From an uncultured cyanobacterium (lineage in GTDB: Bacteria; Cyanobacteriota; Cyanobacteriia; PCC-9006; JAAUQQ01): a DNA stretch of 64,000 nt. Location of the stretch: the NCBI GenBank assembly GCA_963718615.1, contig OY970368.1, positions 5,056,001 through 5,120,000 of the forward strand, given 5' to 3'. Both the position numbers and the translations under genes were made by a program. Positions 58,049-64,000 of this stretch are shown piece after piece. The stretch's first letter is position 1, and each line of letters begins with the position of its first letter. The notes below the pieces were generated by a model that was given only the letters and a program-made list of their open reading frames with translations, was not told the origin of the DNA and did no database searches.

Positions 58049-59684
58049 GTTTTCCCTGGGCATTGCGGGGGAGTGCAGTCACCGCCAGCCAGGTTTTGGG
58101 TCGCTTGGGCGGACTGAGCTGGGTTTGGAGGGCCAGCTGGAGGGCTTGCTGAAGCGGTATGTTCGCGTTAGAGCCAGCAGGCACATAAACAGCCACAAGG
58201 CGCTCACCCCATTCCGCATCCGCCACGCCCATCACCGCCACATCCGCCACCAGGCCAGTGGCCCGAATCGCGGCTTCGACCTCCGCCGGAAACACATTTT
58301 CACCCCCCGTAATAATCTTGTCGCTGCTGCGCCCCACCAAATGCAAATAGCCTTCGGCATCCAACCAACCTAAATCATCCGTCGCTAAGTAGGGACCTGC
58401 GGCATCTTCTGGGAGGGGTTCAAACCGGGTCGGCTCTGGACAGGCGCGATCGCCCGCAGATACGTACCAATACCCAGCCGCCAGAGCGCGCGATCGCACC
58501 CGTATCTGCCCCACGACCCCTGTAGGCAAGACCTGACCCTGGTCATCACAAACAGTCACCGACGCATGGGGCAAAACCCGACCACAGCCGGATTTTCCAG
58601 CTCCAAAGGCCCCTGGTGCTAGGGTGACAATTTGGGAGGCCGTTTCCGTCATGCCATAGGTTGGAGCGAGGGCAATATTGGCCGCTTTGGCGGCCTTCAG
58701 CAAGCTGGGCCAGGCCGGAGCTCCGCCCAATAAAACCATCTGAAACTGTTGGAGCCACTGCGTCTTCGCGGGATCCTGGAGCAACCGCTGCAGCTGAGTT
58801 GGAACCAAGGAAATCCAAAAAGAATCGAGACCGATGTTAGTTTGCTGGATTTTTTGGGCACCCTTGATCGATCTAGGTAAAGAATCTGTCATACTGGTAA
58901 AGCTAAGTTTAAGAGATTGGGATGAAGCGATAGCACAGTACCCTCCAGAGGTAAGCGATCGCACGAACTGCATGAGCCCGCTCACATGGTAGAGGGGCAG
59001 CACACAGAACGAGTGAATCGATCCCGGCTCCGGAGTTAGCTCCGACCGTAACAAACCTTTGACCGACGCTTCGAGCGTTCTCCAAGAATGTTGGGCAAAC
59101 CGCAGTCTGCCAGACGATCCACCGGTCGCAATGCAGATCCGCGAGTTTTCCACAAGGGAGCCATCTGGGCTCCGTTTTTTCTCAAGCCAGCCTTCTCTGG
59201 GCAAGGGTTTGGGGTGTTTTCCATAAGTTTTCCACAGGAGGCCAAATCTGTGGAAAACTTTCGTTTGCCTGTGGAAAACCTGTGGAATTTGCTCAATGTT
59301 TCGCAGTGATACCGGTAGCCTGCGGGGTCCTAAAATCAGCTCAGGCTGAAGCCCTCGAATGACTCCCTCCAATTCAGCCTCGCTCCAATCGGGATTGCCC
59401 AGAAAAACCCGCAACCCAAGATGACAGGCAGTGCAAAAACTCGCGAGAAAGCCGATGGGATTGGCAATGACTAAGAGCAGCGTCAGGGGCTGTTGCTCGC
59501 ATTGTTTTAGCGTCGTCAATGCCGTTCGTAGGGCGATCGCCATCTCAGCCAAGTCCGCTGACATCGGCAGGCTTGAGGCTGGCAAATCCACCGGATCAAC
59601 CTGCCAAATCCAATCCTCTGACGCCCTTGCTAGCAGCAAATCCAGGGGATCAGAAGACCCAGCGACGTTATGGGTCAACAACAT
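58005..59684 (-). CDS. menE: o-succinylbenzoate-CoA ligase MenE
   Basis: TGGSSG, LPLYHVSG, YGMTETAS, TDDLG, GRSSDKIITGGENV, GKL. Confidence 0.9.
   Translation of the reverse strand: MLLTHNVAGSSDPLDLLLARASEDWIWQVDPVDLPASSLPMSADLAEMAIALRTALTTLKQCEQQPLTLLLVIANPIGFLASFCTACHLGLRVFLGNPDWSEAELEGVIRGLQPELILGPRRLPVSLRNIEQIPQVFHRQTKVFHRFGLLWKTYGKHPKPLPREGWLEKKRSPDGSLVENSRICIATGGSSGRLRFAQHSWRTLEASVKGLLRSELTPEPGSIHSFCVLPLYHVSGLMQFVRSLTSGGYCAIASSQSLKLSFTSMTDSLPRSIKGAQKIQQTNIGLDSFWISLVPTQLQRLLQDPAKTQWLQQFQMVLLGGAPAWPSLLKAAKAANIALAPTYGMTETASQIVTLAPGAFGAGKSGCGRVLPHASVTVCDDQGQVLPTGVVGQIRVRSRALAAGYWYVSAGDRACPEPTRFEPLPEDAAGPYLATDDLGWLDAEGYLHLVGRSSDKIITGGENVFPAEVEAAIRATGLVADVAVMGVADAEWGERLVAVYVPAGSNANIPLQQALQLALQTQLSPPKRPKTWLAVTALPRNAQGKLNRLALRALIPEQV
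59146..59289. promoter_or_regulatory. cluster of DnaA boxes inside menE
   Basis: Perfect TTTTCCACA at 59146 and 59228; TGTGGAAAA at 59249 and 59270; near-matches at 59217 and 59281. Confidence 0.7.
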
Positions 59685-60714
59685 AGCTTTCCTCCACCGG
59701 AGCACCGTCTGCCAAACTTTGCCAAATGCGTTCCGGATCCGGATCCTCTAACCCATCCGGGATCAACCACTGCTGGACCCCAAAGCCCAGGGCACGCTGA
59801 ATGCCAAGGTCCTCCGCCAGATGTAAGACGGCATGGCGCGCGATCGCCGTTTCAAACACCGAGGACAGCACCAGATCTAACGGTTGATGCCGAGCCAGTT
59901 GCCGCTGAGCCAGTTGCCGCAGGCCCTGGGGAGCCCCCACGATCGCCCCCTTCACCACAAAAACACCACGCCAGCCCCGCCGGTAACCGTCCTCTAGCTG
60001 AGAGAGGCTAGCCACGGATTCGTCTAGGGCCAGGGGCGTTCGATACCGGGTGGCCAATGCCAAGAGCTGAGTCCAATGGCTCGGGGGGAAGGGCTGTTCG
60101 AGAAACTCAATGCCGAGGCGATCGCACAGGGCCAACCAAACCTCTGCTTCCGCTTCACGAAGTCCCCCATTGGCATCTAGCCGCAGCTGAGCCGAGGGGG
60201 GGAGTTGCGATCGCAAGCGCCGTAAAATCGCCCGCTCTCTCTCAGGCTGATCTACCCCTATTTTCCACTTGAAGGTGCGATGTCCTGCGGCCCAGAGTTG
60301 CGGCCAAGCCCCTAGGGCGTCAGCCCCCGTGGGCAAGAGGGCACAAATCGCCGCCGGTTCCAACACGGGCAAGGGCCGGGGCATCGCGATGGCCAATTGC
60401 TCTAGGGCTGATCCCAGGGCAAATTGAGTCGCGGGATATCGAGCCCCGAAGCTGGGATTTAGAACCGTTGCGAGCTTGAAAGTTTCCAGAGGGATGGAAA
60501 GATCACCCCATTGACGACAGCAGGCGATCGCCTCGGCCAGGGTTTCGGTGCCAAACGCCGGTAAGGGCGCAATTTCCCCATAGCCCCTTCGACCCCGATG
60601 ATCTTCTAGCCGAAGAATTAAGCCCTCTCGCCATTGCCAGACCCCGTGATGGGTGCGGAGGGGCGAGCGAAACCGACGACGGTAGGGGCGAACATTGAGG
60701 CGGAGGACCGGCAT
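59668..60714 (-). CDS. menC: o-succinylbenzoate synthase MenC
   Basis: GEIAPL, TFKWKIG, LRLDANG, EFLEQP, ALDES. Confidence 0.92.
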   Translation of the reverse strand: MPVLRLNVRPYRRRFRSPLRTHHGVWQWREGLILRLEDHRGRRGYGEIAPLPAFGTETLAEAIACCRQWGDLSIPLETFKLATVLNPSFGARYPATQFALGSALEQLAIAMPRPLPVLEPAAICALLPTGADALGAWPQLWAAGHRTFKWKIGVDQPERERAILRRLRSQLPPSAQLRLDANGGLREAEAEVWLALCDRLGIEFLEQPFPPSHWTQLLALATRYRTPLALDESVASLSQLEDGYRRGWRGVFVVKGAIVGAPQGLRQLAQRQLARHQPLDLVLSSVFETAIARHAVLHLAEDLGIQRALGFGVQQWLIPDGLEDPDPERIWQSLADGAPVEESYVVDP

Positions 60715-60797
60715 GGGCGAAACATTCGACGAGCAATCCAATAGACAATTCGATCAGACAATTTGATGGCACCCTAAAACACCGCCTAAAACACCGC

Positions 60798-61742
60798 CTA
60801 AAACACCGCCAGCCCGTAGCCCAAGCTACACAGCAACCCACTCCAAAAGTGCAGCCCAACTGCAATAAATTTACAGTTCATCACCTGGGCGGGCTGATCG
60901 TGATAGCAACCCACATGACGACAGAGATGCACCGCAAAGGGCACACTCAAGAGCCCCAGAAGGATCCAGAGGGGAGCCAGCCCCAAGACGACCAACAATC
61001 CCATCAGCCCGTAGGTAAGGCCGCATAGCCAGGGCAACAGCGCTGCGCCCCGCTGGGTTCCGAGACGGACAATGGGCGATCGCTTCCCCGCCGCCAAATC
61101 ATCTTCAACCTGATGAAAATGGGAGCAAAACAATACCAGGCTGGTCGTGATGCCTAAAATCACCGAAGCCACCAGACTGCTGGCCGAAAAGGTTTGGGCC
61201 TGACTGTAATAGGCCGCACTCACCGCCAGCGGCCCAAAGGCAAAAAAGCAAAGAATTTCACCCAGGCCCTGATAGCCCAGCCGAAAGGGCGGTCCTTGAT
61301 AGAGATAGCCCAACCCACAACAGACCAGAATCAGTACCAGCACCATGGGATCCTGCTGCATCCAGGCGATCGCCCCAATTCCCCCCAGTCCAGCCAGCAA
61401 ACAGCCATTTGCCAACGCAAAAATTAGCCCCCGCCGCCCCGTCAAATTGACCAACGAATGATCCTTATGGGTATCAATACCGGTCTCTGCATCAAAGACA
61501 TCGTTGGCCAAATTCTCCCAGGCCAGGATCAAGACCGCTGAGAGCAAAAACACCCCAAAAATCAGCCAATTCATGGTCTGGGTTTCGTAGAAGGCGATCG
61601 CACTTCCCCAGAGAATGGGCATGACTGCCACGCTATACATGGGAGGTTTGATCGCCGCCATCCACAGGGCAGAACGAGGGCGATCGCCAATGCCGCTTGG
61701 GGCTTGGGATCCTACACTCGGTGCAGCAGTTGGGGAGGTCAT
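60798..61742 (-). CDS. menA: DHNA phytyltransferase MenA
   Basis: AAIKPPMYSVA, NDVFDAETGID..K, YQGPPFRLGY, HFHQVEDD..AGKRSP. Confidence 0.93.
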   Translation of the reverse strand: MTSPTAAPSVGSQAPSGIGDRPRSALWMAAIKPPMYSVAVMPILWGSAIAFYETQTMNWLIFGVFLLSAVLILAWENLANDVFDAETGIDTHKDHSLVNLTGRRGLIFALANGCLLAGLGGIGAIAWMQQDPMVLVLILVCCGLGYLYQGPPFRLGYQGLGEILCFFAFGPLAVSAAYYSQAQTFSASSLVASVILGITTSLVLFCSHFHQVEDDLAAGKRSPIVRLGTQRGAALLPWLCGLTYGLMGLLVVLGLAPLWILLGLLSVPFAVHLCRHVGCYHDQPAQVMNCKFIAVGLHFWSGLLCSLGYGLAVF

Positions 61743-61932
61743 AGGCACTGGATCAAGAGAGGGTAGTTTGATCAATACCAATTCCTACAAAAGATAAAGA
61801 GATTTGACACCTTTTTTATCACTTCCCAGCTGCGGATTTCGCAGGGGTACCAGGGCATTGGATAAGAGCGAGTAAGATCAGAAGCATCTTTTTCTCAATT
61901 TTTTCTTTAACAAACTGCGATAAACCTAATCC

Positions 61933-63432
61933 ATGGTTTTTATCCCTACAAAAGAAGCACGCCTCAGTCCTCCCGTCGATTTTTCTCAGTTTTACGAACA
62001 GCTCGAAACCACACTGGCCCAGCAGACTCAACCCTGCCACTGGCTCAGTTTGACGCTGCCACTCCCGCCCCTAGATCCGCTCATGGCACTCCAGCAGATC
62101 GGGGGACTTCGGTCCCAACATTTTTATTGGGAGCAGCCCAGTGCCGAAATTGCAGTGGCAGCGGCGTTTCCTAGTCTATCCATCCAGTTTGAGGGACCTG
62201 AGCGGTTTACCCAAGCCCAAGCCTGGATCAAACGGCGTTTGGCGGAAACGGCGATCGCGGGAGATTTGTCTTTGCCGTTTAGCGGCCCGCATTTTTTTTG
62301 CAGTTTCACATTTTTTGACCAGGTTGCGGCGATCGCGCCTTTTCCCCCCGCCCAACTGCTATTGCCCCAGTGGCAGGTTGCCTGTGGCCCCCAGCGTGAG
62401 GGCGGCCTGCGCCAGGGCAGTTTTGTCACCAATTTGGCACTGCACCATCAGCGATTGGATCCGGTGGCCTGTCGCTGGGTTTGGCAGCAGTATCAAACCC
62501 TGCGTCAGCCCCATCCCCGAGACCGGCTGGCGGCTCGCGCCCCCCATCGCCCAGCAGTCCTGGCTGCAGCTCCCACCCAAACAGACCTCGACGGTGCCCC
62601 ATTTCTTGCCTCGGTGGAGTCGGCCCTAGGGGCAATCGCCCAGGGGCAACTGCACAAAGTCGTCCTCGCCCATACCCTCCGAGTTCAAGCCGCTCGCCCC
62701 CTGTCCATTGCAGCAGCCCTCGCAACCCTACGCCAACGCCATCCCGATTGCTATACCTTTTCCGTCGGTAGCGGCTTGGGACCCGTTTTTCTCGGGGCCA
62801 GTCCAGAACGACTGCTGCGGGTCCATCAACGGCAGCTCCAAACCGAAGCGATCGCCGGATCGGCTCCCCGAGGGGAGAATGCCCAGGCAGACCGGGCGAT
62901 CGCCGAAGCCCTGCGCAACAGTCCCAAGGAGCTCCACGAGCATCAGCTCGTCAGCACTTTCATTGTCAAAACACTCCAGCAGCTGGGCCTCGATCCTCAG
63001 CATCCGCTCTTGCCCAGGGTTTTGTCGCTCACGGGTATCCAACATCTCCAGACCCCGATTCAATGTCGACTCCCGGCCCATATTCATCCCCTGGATGTGT
63101 TGGCGCGGCTTCACCCAACCCCTGCGGTGGCGGGAGTTCCCCAGCAAGTTGCCTGTGAACAAATTCAACAGTGGGAAGGATTTGAGCGATCGCTCTATGC
63201 CGCCCCCCTCGGCTGGATTGATCGTCAAAGCAACTGTGATTTTTGTGTGGGGATTCGCTCAGCCCTCATCGAAGGTCGTCAGGCCCAACTCTTTGCCGGG
63301 GCGGGAATCGTCAGCGGTTCACAGCCCGAACAGGAGCTCGCAGAAATCGTGCTCAAACTCCGTACCTTGCTCGCCGTTCTGACCGGTGAAGGCCCACCGC
63401 CCTATCCGCGCCAGCCGTCTACGCAAACGTGA
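61933..63432 (+). CDS. menF: isochorismate synthase MenF
   Basis: KVVLA, GASPERL, KELHEH, LHPTPAV, AGAGIV..S..E. Confidence 0.92.
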   Translation: MVFIPTKEARLSPPVDFSQFYEQLETTLAQQTQPCHWLSLTLPLPPLDPLMALQQIGGLRSQHFYWEQPSAEIAVAAAFPSLSIQFEGPERFTQAQAWIKRRLAETAIAGDLSLPFSGPHFFCSFTFFDQVAAIAPFPPAQLLLPQWQVACGPQREGGLRQGSFVTNLALHHQRLDPVACRWVWQQYQTLRQPHPRDRLAARAPHRPAVLAAAPTQTDLDGAPFLASVESALGAIAQGQLHKVVLAHTLRVQAARPLSIAAALATLRQRHPDCYTFSVGSGLGPVFLGASPERLLRVHQRQLQTEAIAGSAPRGENAQADRAIAEALRNSPKELHEHQLVSTFIVKTLQQLGLDPQHPLLPRVLSLTGIQHLQTPIQCRLPAHIHPLDVLARLHPTPAVAGVPQQVACEQIQQWEGFERSLYAAPLGWIDRQSNCDFCVGIRSALIEGRQAQLFAGAGIVSGSQPEQELAEIVLKLRTLLAVLTGEGPPPYPRQPSTQT

Positions 63433-63438
63433 AGCTCG

Positions 63439-63909
63439 TCAACGCCCCAGGCCTTCGTCCGAAAAAGCAGTAGCCGACCAAGCTTCCCGGTTATTGCAAC
63501 TTTCCTCTAAATTGGCATTTTCCAGCTTGGCCCCTTCGAATTGCACATCCCAAAGCAAAGCTCCCCAGAGATTAGCGCCGCGCAAATCGGCTCCTCTGAG
63601 ATCCGCTCCCCGTAAATAGGCCCCCGTCAGATCTGCCCCTCGCAAATCTGCCCCTCGCAAATCTGCCCGCTTGAGATAGGCCCAGCGCAAATTGGCCCCC
63701 TCCAAATTGGCCTGCCTCAAATTTGCATCGGACAGCAGGGCATTTTCCAGATTGGCCCCTTGCAAAGGGCGACCTTGCCAGTTCACCCCTTGGAGGAAAA
63801 CACCTCGGAATGCCATCAATCGGGCTGAAGACGGTCGCGATGGCAGGGACTGAGGGGAAAGAGACCAGGATTCAGACTCGGGCGGTAAGTAGGATTGAGC
63901 ATCAGACAT
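63439..63909 (-). CDS. pentapeptide repeat protein
   Basis: A(D/N)LRG repeats. Confidence 0.88.
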   Translation of the reverse strand: MSDAQSYLPPESESWSLSPQSLPSRPSSARLMAFRGVFLQGVNWQGRPLQGANLENALLSDANLRQANLEGANLRWAYLKRADLRGADLRGADLTGAYLRGADLRGADLRGANLWGALLWDVQFEGAKLENANLEESCNNREAWSATAFSDEGLGR

Positions 63910-64000
63910 CAGGGGCTCTCTCCAAATGGAGATCGAGGGTTCTGTTCTGCCTCTATCTTCCGGAGGTCAGCAGCGTCTCTCCATCAGCCACTTCACCGAT

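Noticed and set aside
1-64000. High density of GCGATCGC as a novel repeat
   Set aside because: This is the well-known cyanobacterial HIP1 sequence.

Overview
Cyanobacterial chromosome segment: HIP1 octamer GCGATCGC is very abundant, and it carries phycobilisome genes cpcG/cpcS and phylloquinone men genes. Conserved backbone: pilB-pilT-pilC divergent from grpE-dnaK-dnaJ-tusA-like-rsgA (1.5-11.9 kb); a futA/hugZ iron-related cluster; an OmpR/histidine kinase pair; cpcS, cpcG, sigD, mutY; a Gld-like ABC operon; infC; menI/E/C/A/F. Accessory block at 11.9-19.8 kb: a translationally coupled three-gene operon (hypervariable TPR-repeat CHAT protease, unknown winged-helix-like protein, 3-TM membrane protein). 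Upstream of it lies a repeat-punctuated array of four toxin-antitoxin modules in which every antitoxin-type gene is intact and every toxin is destroyed, plus two 24-nt elements inserted into HIP1 sites. Other notable signals: a dense cluster of cyanobacterial-type DnaA boxes (TTTTCCACA) inside the menE coding sequence, a shared ECF-sigma-like promoter motif before three exported-protein genes, and a frameshifted SLH/ELWxxDGT gene. No rRNA, tRNA, CRISPR array or transposase was recognised. All family assignments are from motif recognition by eye, not database searches.
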